Origin: Azolla caroliniana
Taxonomy: Eukaryota; Plantae; Polypodiophyta
Direction: 5' to 3'
DNA: 64,000 nucleotides
Assembly (NCBI GenBank): GCA_043228905.1
Contig: JBHGNT010000012.1
Span: 14,384,001 to 14,448,000, forward strand
The position numbers were made by a program, and so were the translations under genes. How positions within the stretch are numbered: the stretch's first letter is position 1; each line of letters starts with the position of its first letter. Shown here piece after piece: positions 34,726 to 48,886 of the stretch. Below the pieces are notes generated by a model. The model had not been told where the DNA came from. It searched no databases and saw nothing but the letters and a program-made list of their open reading frames with translations.

Positions 34726-34813
34726 TGTTGAGCGGCAAGCTCAACCGGATCTAGATTGACTGAATAAGCCTGAGCCAGATCGTAGACGGATCGGCATCCA
34801 GACGGCATTCAGA

Positions 34814-37800
34814 GATTCATCAACAATCCTCAAGTTGAAGAAAAGAAAGTAGAACTAAAGAGAAAGGGGGAGATTCACGAAACAAGAGTAGAGGACTATA
34901 CAATTATTAGAGGTAACCTTCATTATCTTTGAGATTTTTTGAATGGTTGAGTTGGGTCAACAAGTAGAGAAGTTGGATAAAGATAACTACCCTATAGGAA
35001 AATTTAGAATGACCAATTACCTAATGGGCAAAGGCTTGTGGGGTATGGTGAGCGAAGAGGATGCTCAACCTAAAATCGATCAAGCTACAACCACCGAAGC
35101 CCAAAGGAGACAAGGAAAAGAATGGGAGGGGAGAAATAGGAAAGTTATGTTCCTCATTTCACAAGTAATTACTAATTCCATGGTAGGGCATATTCAACAT
35201 CTAAAAATTGCTAAGGATGCATGGGAAACTCTTGAAAGGATGCACTCAACAAATGCAAAAGCTAGGAAACTTCAATTAAAAAATGAGTTGAACACAATTA
35301 AGAAAAGTTCGAGTCAATCTATAGATGAATATACATTGAAGATCAAGGAGCTACAGGATGCTTTAGCTTCTATTGGTACAATAGTTGAAGATGAAGATCT
35401 TGTGTGTTGTACTCTCAAATGACAAGGATAGATCAAATGACAACACACAATGGAGAGGCCGAGGAAAATTTAGAGGAAGAGGTCGAGGTTTCTACAACTC
35501 TCACAAAGGTATAACATGTTATCATTGTGGTAAAATAGGACATTATGCTAGTGATTGTTGGCTAAAAAATGGAAGACCAAATGGAGGAAATCAAAGAACT
35601 CAACGCAATTATGCAAGTACCTCAAGCAAAGGAAGTAAGGATACATTACTTGCAATGAGTCATGAGTTTAAAAGCTCTTATGAAGATGATGGAAAATGGT
35701 ATATTGATTCAGGTTGTAGTAATCATATGTCATGCCAGGGAAGTATGTTCACTAATTTGCAGATACCAAATGGGAAAGGATGTGTTGAGATAGGTGATGA
35801 TACTCAACACACAATTGAACACGTTGGAGATGTAAGGCTTGGAGACACAAGTAAAGCAAAAGTAATATCAAATGTTCTTCATGTTCCTACATTTTCAAAG
35901 AACTTGATTTCAGTAGGACAAATGGTAGAGAAGGGTTATAAGGTCATATTCAATGAGAATGGGTGCTTTATAAAGAATCCTAAAGAAGGTTTCAAGGTCA
36001 TTGCTCAGGGTAAACAAGAAGGAAGAATGTTCACCTTGGACATTCAAAATCCTTATGGAAAGGTCATGTATATTCAATTTGGGGACAAGAAAATCTCGGA
36101 GCTAGATTTATGGCACAAAAGGATAGGACACATTAACATTCCGAAGCTAAAGAACATGAGCAAACATGAAGTGGTAAGGGGTCTTCCAAAATTTAATTGT
36201 ATTAGATTACATGAACTGTGTGAAGCTTGTCAATTAGGAAAACAAACAAGGCAACCATTCAAGAGGAGCAATTATGTGGCCCCAAATGTCTTGGATTTGA
36301 TACATACAGATGTATGGGGACCTACCCGAGAGACGTCAATGGATGGTAATAGATTTTTCGTCACTTTCATTGATGATCATTCAAGAAAGGTATGGTTGTT
36401 TTGTATGAAACAAAAATTAGATGTGTTTTCTATATTCAAAAGATTCAAAAATGAAGTTGAAAAAGAAACAGGAAGGCATATCAAAATCTTAAGATCTGAT
36501 GGTGGGGGGGGAGTACTCCAATGAGTTTTCAGATTTCGATATATGCCTCAACAAAACGGCGTAGTTGAGAGGAAAAATATGCAAATCGCAGAAGTCGCAA
36601 GATGCATGTTGAACAAGATGAAGGTACCATTACACTATTGGGTTGAAGCTACCACAACTGCAATTTACTTAATGAATAGATGCACAACATCAGGAATACA
36701 TAACTTGACACCAAAGGAGGTATATTCCGGAAGAAAACCTTATCTTACACACCTGAAAGTTTTTGTATGTGTTTGTTTTCTTCACATTCCTGAAGAAGTA
36801 AGAACAAAGATGGAACCAAGGTCAAAAAAGTGCATTTTCATTGGCTATTCGATGGATCAAAAAGGATATAAGTGTTATAATCCTATAACAAAGGAAGTAA
36901 GGGTCTCACAAGATGTGGTCTTTGATGAACTAAGACCATGGTATGAAGATAAAGGAAAGGGAAAAGTTCTCGAAGAAGACTGTGATGATTATGTAGGAAG
37001 TAATCAAAGTGAAGTTCAACAATCAAGCACAAAAATTTCATATCTAGAGGCATCTACATCAAAAGATCGTTCATCATGGAAGGAAAGTCATGAAAGTCAT
37101 CCTATAGATGACGAAACAAGTGTTGCCGGAAATAGTGAGATAGACGTGGGGATCGACCACGGTTCGGTTTAGGCTTAATCGGTTTGGCCTGGTCCAAGCC
37201 AAACCGGCTAAGCCTAAACCGTTTTGGGGATCTCAAACCTGAACTGAACCGAACCGGTTCACAAAACGGTTTAGCCTAAACCGGTTTGGTAAACGGCTTG
37301 GAAACCTCTCTCTTCTTTTCTTTTTTTTTGTAATTAGCTTACCCTAATGGTAAGTTGATAGCACTACAAGCATTGTGTTTTGGGTTTGAAACCCAATTTT
37401 CTCACCTCTCTATTATATACTTCATATATATCTCTATTTCACTAGATGCCACTGTGGAATGCAGGGCTCTCTCTCACCCCTCTGTGTAGTCTCTGTCTCT
37501 CTCTCTCCCCTCTCTGTGTAGTCTCTCTCTCTCTCACCCCTCTATGTGGTCTCTCTCTCTCACACCCCTCTTTTTAGTCTCTCTCTCTCTCTCTCTCTCT
37601 CTCCTCGTGTGTGTAGTTCTAACTTCTCCCACATTCACTCTCTCTCCCCCCCATCGTCTGTTTAGTCTCCCTCCCTCCCTCCCTCCCTCACTCACTCTCT
37701 CTCTCTCTCCCCCTCTCTCCCTCTCTCTTTCCCCTTGTATGTTGTCTCCCTCCCTCTGTCTCTCTGTCTCTCTCTCTAAAATTTCTAAACGGCTTAGCCG

Positions 37801-38858
37801 ACTTGAGCCAGTTTGGCGAGGCTCAAGCCAAGCCGAGCCGAACTCAAACCGTTAAGGCAAGTTCAAGCCTAAACCGAGCCCAGCCCAGCCCAGCCGCTAA
37901 GCCGCTTTAAGCCGGATAAGCCAAACGGTTTAGGCTTGAGCCGAGCCGTTGCCAATCCCTAGATAGACGCAAGTGAAAATGATGAGATGACCACTTCTAA
38001 GCTAAACCTGAATAGCTTGAAGAAACAACATTCTAAAGGCAATGAAAGAAGATCATCAAGGATAGTTATCCAATTCAAAGGTTGACTTATGATAGTTTCA
38101 TGGCAAAACATTTTGCATATATGATGCAGGTTGTCAAAGACAAAGAGCCTGAAACATATGAAGAAGCTTGCACACAAATGGAATGGAAGGAAGCTATGAA
38201 AGAAGAGATCAAAGCTCTCAAAGATAATCACACATGGGATCTAGTGACAAAGAAAGAAGGTATGAAAATCATTCCAAACAAATGGGTGTTCAAAGTGAAG
38301 ACAAATGTTGATGGTTCATTAGCTAGATACAAAGCTAGGTTGGTTGCAAAAGGGTTTAACCAAACACAAGGCATAGATTATGATGAAAGTTTTAGCCCGG
38401 TTGCAAAGATGGGGACAATTAGAACCTTGATAGCAATCAATGCTTCAAAGAGGTGGTCATATAATATCAACTTGACATCAAGAATGCCTTTCTAAATGGA
38501 GAACTACAAGAAGAGGTATACATGAGTCAACCGGTTGGATTTGAAGACAAAAACTATCCAGATTTTGTTTGCAGAATGAAAAAGGCACTTTATGGCTTGA
38601 AACAAGCACCACGAGCGTGGAACCAAAGATTGGTCAAGTATCTAACTAAATGTGGATACAACCCAAGCATTGTTGATCCCTTATTGTATATGAAGAAAAA
38701 AGGAAAAAAGGAGGTATATATCTGTATATATGTTGATGATTTCATCATAACAAGGAATGTTGATACATGGATTAAAGATATAAACGGAAAGCTTGGGAAA
38801 TAATTTAAAATTTCATATCTAGGAGAGCTGAAATATTTTTTAGGAATCGAAGTTGTAT
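34814..38858 (+). mobile_element. Copia H internal region (leader, gag, PR, IN, RT N-half) without LTRs, inside the G 5' LTR
   Basis: CYHCGKIGHYASDC, WYIDSGCSNHM, HTDVWGP, YKARLVAKG, YVDD; replaces ~210 bp present in the G 3' LTR. Confidence 0.82.
37147..37961. mobile_element. Non-autonomous hAT DNA transposon (MITE-like, 815 bp)
   Basis: 8-bp TSD GATAGACG (37139-37146 / 37962-37969); degenerate TIRs TGGGGATCGACCACGG / CCGTTGCCAATCCCTA; subterminal AAACCG/AAGCC repeats; (CT)n core. Confidence 0.88.
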
Positions 38859-38908
38859 AGAGGAACACATAGAGTGTTGATATTTTTTGAATCTATCTTT
38901 TATGTTCT

Positions 38909-38955
<47 letters not shown>

Positions 38956-39759
38956 TACTTATGTACTCTGTGTGTGTTGAGTTTCCATTAAACTCATTTT
39001 CTCATCTTTTGTTGCTACCCGACTAAGTTGGTTTGTGAAACGCTTCTGCACAATAACATTCACATGGTATCAGAGTGCGAGGGTTGAGAACCTCTGTAGC
39101 CGACATTTGCTTTCGAAGACAAACCCTAACACCCGGTAACAGCAGACAGAGAAAAGGATGGATAGGAGTATGGCGAGTTCATTTTCGACAGAAAAGCTCG
39201 ACCAGAGCAACTATGCATTCTTGTCATATAAGATGCACCAATACCTACTGGGGCACGGATATTGGACCTATGTCGAAGGAGTTAACGAGGTAGTGCCGAA
39301 GCCAGCACACAAGGACTTCCTGGCATGGGAGCAAGGAACGAGCTGAGTATTGTACTGCCTCACATACTGTATGCATGACCAGATGCTCGGCTACATCAAA
39401 GATGCAAAAACAGTGAAGGAAGCCTGGGAAAATCTACAGAGGATTTTTGCCGCGAGTACCATAGCCCGCAAGTTGCAGCTCCTACAAGAGCTGAACAACA
39501 TCTGGCAGAGAAACATGTTGGTTACGGATTACACCACCAAGATAAAGGAGATTTGCGACTCTCTGAGGTCCATCAATGTGACAGTGGACGAAGATGAGAT
39601 GGTACAAATCTGCATGGGTGGTCTAGCGCAAAGGTACGGGCCAATCCGGACAACGATCTGCACCCGGGAGAAACCACCATCCTTCGACTTGCAATCAATG
39701 CTTATGGTCGAAGAAAACCACTCGAGTGGGTCAAGGACCACTCAATTGGACAACCAGAT

Positions 39760-42700
39760 TATTATAGATCATAGTACTAATGTAAGCTTAAGATAAGGAT
39801 AATGAAAAGATAGATAGAAAGGAGAAAGAGAAAGAAGGGTGCCGATCCACCCGACCACCCCCGAGCGAAGGGATCGAGACGGACTCGAGCCTCGATCGGC
39901 GTCCCATACCACCGCCGTGGCGTCGAGTCGTACCTGGTGCTGGCGCGCTCGCTACAAGAGTTGACCCACCACACGAGCAGAGTCTCGATGTAGTCAAAAA
40001 GATCCTCAAATGAGGGTAGCTAGGCCTCTTATTTATAGCGAAACCCAAGGCCCCCAGGCAAGTTCACACTTGACCTAATGGGTTGTCTCAATCCCGAGGA
40101 TTAAAAGTAATCCTCCCCTTCTTTACACTCTCATTTAACCCTCACACTTATCCACGTGTATAGAATACTACGGTAAATTCTTACCACGGGATATTATATG
40201 GTCATGCCCGTAACATACTCCCCCTCTTTAAAACATTGCACTCTTGCAATGGAAAGTTAGGGAAGTTTAGTTCTAAGAGTATTTTCGCGTTCCCATGTGG
40301 CATCTTTTATTGATTTATCCATCCATTTTATTTTGAATTCTCGGATTTCTTTAGTACGTAATTTTTTTGTTTTAACATCGAGAATTCTTTCTGGTACATG
40401 TGGTTTAGAAGATAATTCTTCAGAAGTAACCAGAGTTTCAGTCGTAACTGTATTGTCGCCAGAACCTAGAAGTTCTTTTAGACGACTCACATGAAAGACT
40501 GGATGAATTCCGACACCATCGGGAAGAGCGAGACGATAGGCTGATGACCCAATGCGTTTGAGGACTGTAAAAGGTCCACAAAACCGTGGGGCTAACTTAG
40601 CGCACTTACCCGTAGACAATGTCTTAGAATTGTGAGGTACACGTAAAAATACCTTCTGTCCAGGGTTGAATACACGAGGTTGCCTATGATGATCGGCATA
40701 AAAACGCGCTCTATCTTGAGCTGTTTTTATATTATCTCGTGCAATATGCAACATATCTTGCATATCCCGAAGAAAGTTTTGCGTACTTCGCAACTCATCA
40801 TGATGTATAGTAACATCAATCGGGGCTCGTGGCTGAAAACCATACATCAACATAAAAGGACTATATCCCGTCGACGTATGCTTGGAGCTGTTATAAGCAA
40901 ACTCCAAAATTGGGAGATAACGTTCCCATTTTGTTGGTTTTGCACCAACGTATGCTCGAAGCATGTCCTCAATAATTTGATTTACTCGTTCTGTCTGTCC
41001 ATCGGATTGAGGATGATCCGTGGAGCTCATGCTCAACGTAGTTTCTAACTTCTTAAAGACTTGTGTCCAGAAGTCACTAGTAAACTTTGGATCTCCATCA
41101 CTCACGATATCCATCGGTAACCCATAAAAACGAAACAATTCGTCAACGAATTGGTAAGCCAATTCAGGAGCTGTTACCGTGGTTTTAGTAGCAATAAATC
41201 TGGCCATTTTAGTTAGTCGATCAACGACAACCCAGATGGCATCATGACCTTTTTGGGTGCGAGGAAGGCTAACAATAAAATCCATGGATATACTTTCCCA
41301 CTTATTATTGGGAATGTCCAAGGGATGTAAAAGTCCTGCGGCTTTAAGTCGCTCGGCTTTGTTAACCTGACACTGGTGACATTTAGTCACATAGCTATGT
41401 ATGTCAGGACGCATCTTAGGCCAATAAAATTGAGTGGAGATGAGAACGAGTGTACGATGTATTCCAGGGTGCCCTGCTGAGGGTGCATCATGGCATTCAA
41501 AAAGAATCCTCTTTTTGACCTCGGGTAAATCTGGAACACAAACCTTCCCATTACGGTAGAGCAAACCGTTAGCAATGTGGAAGTATTCCTTCGAGGATGT
41601 GGTGGTGTCTGTTCCAGACTCAACTCTTGCCCAGTATTTTGCGAAATAACTGTCATCAGGATACTTTCCTCGAAGGTGATCATAAAGATCTGATGATATT
41701 TCAGTGAAGCTAAGCGTGTTAACTTCACGGATGCGACTTAGTGCATCAGCGACAGTGTTCATGGAACCTTTACGATATCGTATGGAAAAATCAAAGTCCT
41801 GGATGAGATCAGCCCATCGTGCCTTACGACCTTTCAGGTCTTGTTGGTCACAAAAATATTTCAAGGACTCGTGGTCCGTAGTTACCACAAAGTGATTTCC
41901 ATAAAGATAATGGCGCCATGTTTTGAGCGCATGTATAACTGCAAATAATTCCTTTTCTTGAACGGTATACCGACATTGAGCAGAATCAAGTTTCTTACTC
42001 TCGAATGCTATTGGTTTACCATCTTGATACAAGACAGCACCTATAGCATAATCGCTGGCATCGGTTTCAACCTCAAAAGGTTTTGAAGGATCGGGTAAAA
42101 GAAGTGAAGGAGCCTTGCAAACCAAGTCCTTGAGTTCCTTAAAGGCAAGGTCTAGTGTAGCATTCCACACAATAGGTTTTGTAGACTTACGCGTTTGACC
42201 TTTTAAAAGATCAGTAAACGGCGTCGTCAATTGGGAGTAATTACGAAGAGACTTTCGCAAAAACCCCACAAAACCAAGGAATGATCGAACTTCTCGAATA
42301 TTCCGAAGAGTGGGCCAAAGCTTGATTTTCTCAATGCGAGAAGGATCAATTTCAACTCCTCGTTCGGTTATGAGATGTCCTAGATAAGTAATTGATTTCT
42401 TGAAGAACTCACATTTTGAGATCTTCGCATAAAACTGTTTGTCACGCAATGTTTGTAAAACAAAGCGGACATGTCTAGCATGTTCTTGTAATGTACGGCT
42501 ATAAACTAAAATATCATCCAAGAAAATAACGACAAATTTTCCAAGTTGTTCTCGGAAAATGTCATTCATTTCTTGTTGGAAAGTAGCCGGAGCATTGGTC
42601 AAACCAAAAGGCATAACCAAAAACTCGTAATGGCCATAGCGCGTACGAAATGCCGTTTTAGGAACATCGTCCTCACTTATTCGTATTTGATGGTAGCCAG

Positions 42701-45700
42701 TACGGAGATCAAGTTTCGTAAAATACCGAGCTCCCTGGAGACGGTCAATTAGATCGTCAGCCCGGGGCAATGGATACGAATTCTTGATCGTCACTTTATT
42801 CAAGCGTCGGTAATTAATACACATACGCCATGTGCCCTCTTTCTTTTTAACCAAGAGAACTGGTGCACCCCATGGAGATTTACTATAACGTATATAACCC
42901 ATTCGTAAATAGTCCTTGAGTTGCTTAGATACCTCATCTTCTTCGGATCGACTTAAGCGATACGGAGGTATACTTATTGGTGCAACACCAGGTACAATAT
43001 CTATACGATGGTCTATATTACGTTTAGGAGGTAACCCATCAGGTAGTTCACTTGGAAAAACATCATGAAAATCATTTAAGATTTCATCAAGTTGTTGTTG
43101 TTCAAAATATGTTAACTGAATCGGGACATTATCGATATTGTAAACGTGAATGTCCGGATCAAGTACACAATAAAATAACGTAGAACAAGACAACTCGGAT
43201 ATTGATGGACACGAGGAAACAATCGAGAGGGATTGTTTTTTTACACATTGAATAAAATGCGTACAATCGTTCAGTACAAAAGAAATGGAATGTCGAACCC
43301 AATCAATAAATAAAGAAGAGTTTTTATTATAAAACCAGGGATAACCCAGTATTACATCGGTGGTACAAAGATTCATTACATGGAAGTCTACTTCCTCTAT
43401 ATAAGTATCAATAGAAATTCCTAATGAATGAATCGCCCCGTTGATGTATTGTACTCTTCCATCAGCCAAGTGCACCGTGTAGGTGTGATCACTTACGGTG
43501 GGTTGGATTCCCCATATCTGAACCAAACGATCATTCACAAAATTGTGTGAGCTTCCCGAATCAAATAAAAATTGTACGGGAGATCCATTGATATACCCGT
43601 TTGCACGTAGTAAATCATTGGGACCCAATACATAGTGAGGAAAAGAACATTGACAATTACTTAAATGGTGTGTATAGACCTGAAGGACATTAGGAATCTG
43701 ACCTTTATGGTCTACAGCTTTAGCTTTGTTGTCGTGCTCTTTCCGTTGGAGCTTTCGACATTGATCTTTTGTATGACCCTTCTTTTTGCAGAATACACAA
43801 AAAGGATGTTGTCGCTTACAATCGCGATCCAGGAATTCGTTGGGTGTCTTGCGTTTCCCAACAAATTGCGACTGCTTAGTCCCGGGCACTTCGTTGGGTT
43901 TGTTATGGTCCTTCTTCGAAGTGCGTTGATAGCGAAGAACTATTTCAACGGCCTCTTCGAAGGATTTTGGATCCTTATCGTGCACTATCCAGTGATAGTC
44001 CGAATTGGGGATGCCATTGACAAAACAAGCTATCAACCAATTGTCCCCTTCTAGACCCGATTTTTGGATTTGGGTTCTAGCATGGTGAACATAGTCTTCT
44101 AGCGAGGAAAATTTCCTGCTAGAGAGGTTCATTAAAGCTTGTGCTGCCTCGGTTCGAGAGGGAGGTTGCAGAAATTGGCCCTTAAAAACCGTGACAAAAT
44201 CTGTCCAGGTATCGGGCAATTTCCCCATAGTACGGAGGCCACGCCACCAAGCGGCGGCCTTACCCCCGAGTTCTCGGCCGACATATGCAATCTTCGTACT
44301 ATCTGGCGTGGGATAGAGCTCAAAATGAGACTCCCATCGTCCAAGCCATGTGCAGATTGCTTCTTCGGTTCTTTCCTTTTTGTCTCCCGTAAATGGCTTA
44401 ACGACAAATGATGGTTCACCTTGTCGCTCATCAGGTCTATTAGTCTCACGTTGTAGACTAATGACACGTGCCTCAAGAGCACTCTGAGATTGCCGAAGTT
44501 CGGTCATCTGTTGAGCGGTGAAACTAAGGTATTGGGTTATTTGTGCCAAATACATCTCAGTGGACATTTGTCCAGGAGGATTCCCTTGAGTTCCTTCCGC
44601 TTGAGCGGATGACATCGGGTCGTTAATTTGAGCCATTAAAGATTATTTCTGGAAAAGAAATAGGATAAGGTCAGAGATATAGTCATAACATGTTGTCGTG
44701 ATGTAAACATATCATGGGCGAGCATTAATCGATATCATTATCTCACGTCAATACCCCTCTAGACGTATGAGATGAGGTTCAAGATCAGGTTACTATGGTA
44801 ACACAAAGGTGTTTTAAAAACCATGGGGGTGACAAATAAATGTCTTTCCCTGATCTCTATATCGATTTTTTCATGGTGGCTCCCCGAGGCTCAACCATGT
44901 ATGTTCGCGTCATGAATAGTTTATACACGAAAAAAAATGTTAACAATAAACTATGTTTCGGTGCCCACATAAGTGGTTTCGGCTCTTTAAGTCCTATTAC
45001 GAGGACCCCGAGGTGCACTTAGACCTTAAGTCTAAACATGTGTTATAGTCATATGTATCAAGGATGTTGTATGGTCTTGGTCATATTTGAACTCGAGACC
45101 TCGAGAACAAATACATTAAACACTTGAGCCAACCAAGTAAGTTGCTCTTCTCGAATGCTTAATGTTTGATGCGTATAAGAGATATGCGAGGCAATTGATC
45201 ATATACGTTTTTTTAAAAGAACATATATGTCAAGGGTCCTTATTTCGCCCTCATTTACCAACACTATGTTGGTACGTTACCTAACCTCAAGTCTCGTAAT
45301 TACGATGGCATACGCCAAAGTGCAACCTAATGGTGAAGCCAAATGAGCCCTCGTTTCGTAGTAGGCTCACGTGGGCCATCACATGGTCACGTCATTACGA
45401 ATGCCTCTCGTAAGAACGAGCTCATGGTGGCATCGTATCCATGTGACGAGGGAAGGATGTTGGATACGTGCGTCATTGGAGCGACCTCACTTGAAGTGGG
45501 TCAAGCCCTACGTACTCAACATCATTATGGCTATTGCGTTTCTTTACGTAACGAAATCGAGGTCATCAACGGGGTTATCAACAATAAAAAATTGTTGAAA
45601 AAGGAATGGTGACAACGCCATTCTCACAAAAATGTGAGGACGGCCACCAACATCCTTTTCCCGACCATGACAACTTTCGACATAATCACGTAATAACGAA

Positions 45701-46780
45701 TATACACATATGTTTACTTTTCACATATATACGATCAAATACGTATATATGTGACCACATATGCCTATATTAAACATATCGTTATATTAAATAGCCACAA
45801 ATGATGTGATCGAGATACGTAATCGAGGTATATACCTCCACGCACACGAAACATCCACAAATAAGAGATCATCGTAATACGCAATGGAGGTATTGACCTC
45901 TTACGCATACGAGACCAAACGCATATCGTTTACAACAAATTAAGGTATTAAACTCATACGCAAACGTAACATATGTTCGTGAACGTAATACGTAATTGAG
46001 GTATTAACCTCGTACGCATACGACACTCATCACATATTATTAATATGTCAAACGAGGTATTGACCTCGTGCACATATGTAAACGTTTTAGATAATCAATT
46101 AAAGACCACTACAACATCATTGATTTAATGAAAAAAATTACATATAAACTAAACACATGATTAGATGGGAGAAGAGAGAATAGAAAAAAAAAATATGGAA
46201 AGAGTTACCGAAGTTCTTTGTTGATCGTTGTCTGGATCAAGGCCAACCGCACAATGATCGATCAGCATCAATCAAAAGACAAATGAAAAACAAAGAAACA
46301 TTAGTAAAAAAATCTGATACCAAATATTATAGATCATAGTACTAATGTAAGCTTAAGATAAGGATAATGAAAAGATAGATAGAAAGGAGAAAGAGAAAGA
46401 AGGGTGCCGATCCACCCGACCACCCCCGAGCGAAGGGATCGAGACGGACTCGAGCCTCGATCGGCGTCCCATACCACCGCCGTGGCGTCGAGTCGTACCT
46501 GGTGCTGGCGCGCTCGCTACAAGAGTTGACCCACCACACGAGCAGAGTCTCGATGTAGTCAAAAAGATCCTCAAATGAGGGTAGCTAGGCCTCTTATTTA
46601 TAGCGAAACCCAAGGCCCCCAGGCAAGTTCACACTTGACCTAATGGGTTGTCTCAATCCCGAGGATTAAAAGTAATCCTCCCCTTCTTTACACTCTCATT
46701 TAACCCTCACACTTATCCACGTGTATAGAATACTACGGTAAATTCTTACCACGGGATATTATATGGTCATGCCCGTAACA
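39760..46780 (-). mobile_element. Chromovirus D, full-length, very young copy of the C family
   Basis: 456-bp LTRs 39760-40215 and 46325-46780 with no difference seen, TSD CAGAT (39755-39759 / 46781-46785), PBS 46313-46322. Confidence 0.97.
40257..44636 (-). CDS. Gypsy single-ORF gag-pol polyprotein, 1459 aa (Gag-PR-RT-RNaseH-IN-chromodomain)
   Basis: [43 protein letters not shown]; a 1-nt insertion relative to C alters the last residues. Confidence 0.96.
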   Translation of the reverse strand: MAQINDPMSSAQAEGTQGNPPGQMSTEMYLAQITQYLSFTAQQMTELRQSQSALEARVISLQRETNRPDERQGEPSFVVKPFTGDKKERTEEAICTWLGRWESHFELYPTPDSTKIAYVGRELGGKAAAWWRGLRTMGKLPDTWTDFVTVFKGQFLQPPSRTEAAQALMNLSSRKFSSLEDYVHHARTQIQKSGLEGDNWLIACFVNGIPNSDYHWIVHDKDPKSFEEAVEIVLRYQRTSKKDHNKPNEVPGTKQSQFVGKRKTPNEFLDRDCKRQHPFCVFCKKKGHTKDQCRKLQRKEHDNKAKAVDHKGQIPNVLQVYTHHLSNCQCSFPHYVLGPNDLLRANGYINGSPVQFLFDSGSSHNFVNDRLVQIWGIQPTVSDHTYTVHLADGRVQYINGAIHSLGISIDTYIEEVDFHVMNLCTTDVILGYPWFYNKNSSLFIDWVRHSISFVLNDCTHFIQCVKKQSLSIVSSCPSISELSCSTLFYCVLDPDIHVYNIDNVPIQLTYFEQQQLDEILNDFHDVFPSELPDGLPPKRNIDHRIDIVPGVAPISIPPYRLSRSEEDEVSKQLKDYLRMGYIRYSKSPWGAPVLLVKKKEGTWRMCINYRRLNKVTIKNSYPLPRADDLIDRLQGARYFTKLDLRTGYHQIRISEDDVPKTAFRTRYGHYEFLVMPFGLTNAPATFQQEMNDIFREQLGKFVVIFLDDILVYSRTLQEHARHVRFVLQTLRDKQFYAKISKCEFFKKSITYLGHLITERGVEIDPSRIEKIKLWPTLRNIREVRSFLGFVGFLRKSLRNYSQLTTPFTDLLKGQTRKSTKPIVWNATLDLAFKELKDLVCKAPSLLLPDPSKPFEVETDASDYAIGAVLYQDGKPIAFESKKLDSAQCRYTVQEKELFAVIHALKTWRHYLYGNHFVVTTDHESLKYFCDQQDLKGRKARWADLIQDFDFSIRYRKGSMNTVADALSRIREVNTLSFTEISSDLYDHLRGKYPDDSYFAKYWARVESGTDTTTSSKEYFHIANGLLYRNGKVCVPDLPEVKKRILFECHDAPSAGHPGIHRTLVLISTQFYWPKMRPDIHSYVTKCHQCQVNKAERLKAAGLLHPLDIPNNKWESISMDFIVSLPRTQKGHDAIWVVVDRLTKMARFIATKTTVTAPELAYQFVDELFRFYGLPMDIVSDGDPKFTSDFWTQVFKKLETTLSMSSTDHPQSDGQTERVNQIIEDMLRAYVGAKPTKWERYLPILEFAYNSSKHTSTGYSPFMLMYGFQPRAPIDVTIHHDELRSTQNFLRDMQDMLHIARDNIKTAQDRARFYADHHRQPRVFNPGQKVFLRVPHNSKTLSTGKCAKLAPRFCGPFTVLKRIGSSAYRLALPDGVGIHPVFHVSRLKELLGSGDNTVTTETLVTSEELSSKPHVPERILDVKTKKLRTKEIREFKIKWMDKSIKDATWERENTLRTKLP

Positions 46781-48705
46781 CAGATGTTGTACACGAAGGC
46801 GGATCAGCCCCATAGGCGTGGTGGACGAGGCGGGTCAGCACGCAATGGAGGCGGCCAACAAGAGCAGGACCAAAGGCATAGAGAACGTGCTGACAACAGT
46901 TCTATACCCTCCACAAGCAGGGGGAGTGAAGGCGGCGCCGGAAACCGGCAAGGAAAGGCCGACACAGAATGCTGGTATTGTGGCAAAAAAGGCCATAGGG
47001 AAAGCGAGTGTTGGAAGAAGCACGCGATTCGGACAAATCTAGATCCGACAACACTGGTCGGGAGAACCGATAGAGCTCGCACTACGCAGAAGGATTGGAA
47101 GGATCCGGAACCAGGAAAACCGGAAAGGGGCCAGCCTTCGTGATGAAGCACAAGGCTAATTCGATGAAGAAGACTACTTCCAAATTGGAGGAAGTATGGT
47201 ACGTTGATTCCGGAGCTTCGAACTACATGACAAGCCACGAATAGTGGTTCTCCTTTTTGGAGAAACCGGAGAGGACACTCCTCACCCGATTATGCATGTT
47301 AGGGAGGTCCCTTTGAGCCATGTCGGATAAAGGGGGAAGTTGATGAACATATTACACGTTTTGACAATCACAAAGAACCTGGTGTCGGTAGGACAAATCG
47401 TCGACTAGGGGATGCATGTGCGGTTTACGCACCTCAGGTGCTTCATCGAGGAAGAAGGCCAAATAATTGCGCAAGGGCACAGAGATGGGATGATGTTCAT
47501 CCTTGACACAAACGACGTCGGCACCACCTTGTTTTTCAAAGGACAGAAGATTGAATCGGATATCGATCTTTGGCACAAGCGGATCGGCCACGTCAATTAC
47601 TGGAGGCTTCAAGACCTACAATCGAAACAAGTAGTCTTCGGATTGCCGAAATTCAGTGACCGGAAGGCCCAAATTTGTGAAACCTGCCAACTCGGAAAGC
47701 AACACCGGCTTCCGTTCCCCACCGAACGAAATCGGAGCCGTAACAAGCTTGACTTAATCCATTCGGATGTATGGGGACCGACACAGAACGTTAGTCTTGG
47801 AGGGAGTCAATACTTCATCTCCTTCATCCATGACTACAATCGGCACACGTGGATCTACCTCATCCAGAGGAAGAGCGAAGTCATCGAGTGTTTTCAGAAC
47901 CTACAAAGCTTAGTTGATTGGGAAACGGAAAGGAAGATCAAGTGCCTGCGATCGGATGGCGTAAAAGAATACTTTTCTGGCCAATTCAACAGTTATTTGT
48001 AGAAAAAGGGAATTCTGAGAGAATTCAGTTGTAGATACACACGGGAACAAAATGGTGTGGCCGAGAGGAAGAACCGGTGAATTGTCGACGTGGCAAGGGC
48101 AATGCTGGAGGAGGAGAGCATGCCCAAATTCTACTGGGCTGAGGCGGTTCAGATGGTTGTCTACATCCAAAACCAGATCGAAGATAGATGATGAAGCGCT
48201 TGAGACTGTAGATGAGAGTCCGGAATCATTTCGGTTGAGCGATCCGAACGAGCGACTGGTTCAAACCAACCAGTCAGATGAGGAACCAATGAGTAGTGGA
48301 GACTCTACCGTACTCTCCTTGTGCAAGGAATCGAGAAGACGGTTCACACGCAAAGAGAAGGGGAAGAAGAAGATTTCGGAATACGAAACCGACAAAGGTG
48401 AGTCGGATCGGAGCGAATCCGACTTCGGAAAGGAGGAAGGTGGATCTTCGGGAACGAAGTCCGAACCGGCCAAGAAGGGCCCTAAACTGAGTAATGACAG
48501 GTTACGCAGGTCTACCTGCCAGAAGAACCCTATAAAGCGGTACAGGTACAATGAGTACATGGCGCATCACTATGCGTACATGACCAAGGTGGCGGAAGTG
48601 CGTTAGCCGAAAAGCTACGTAGAAGCGGCAAAGGATGCGAATTGGCATGCCGCAATGGAGGAAGAAATGCGGGCACTCGATGCCAACAACACATGGGACC
48701 TCATT

Positions 48706-48886
48706 TGTAAGAGACATAGACTAATGTAAGCATGAGATAATGATAGAAAATAGATAAATAGATAGAAAGGAGAGAGAGAAAGAAGGGTGCCAATCCACCC
48801 AACCACCCCTAAGCGAAGGGATCGAGACGGACTTGAGCCTCGATTGGCATCCCATACCACCGCTGTGGCGTCGAGTCGTACCTGGT
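48706..48886 (-). repeat. U5 end of an older C/D-family LTR inside the G RT, adjoining a deletion
   Basis: Similar to 39760-39938; terminus reads ...TCTCTTACA on the minus strand. Confidence 0.8.
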
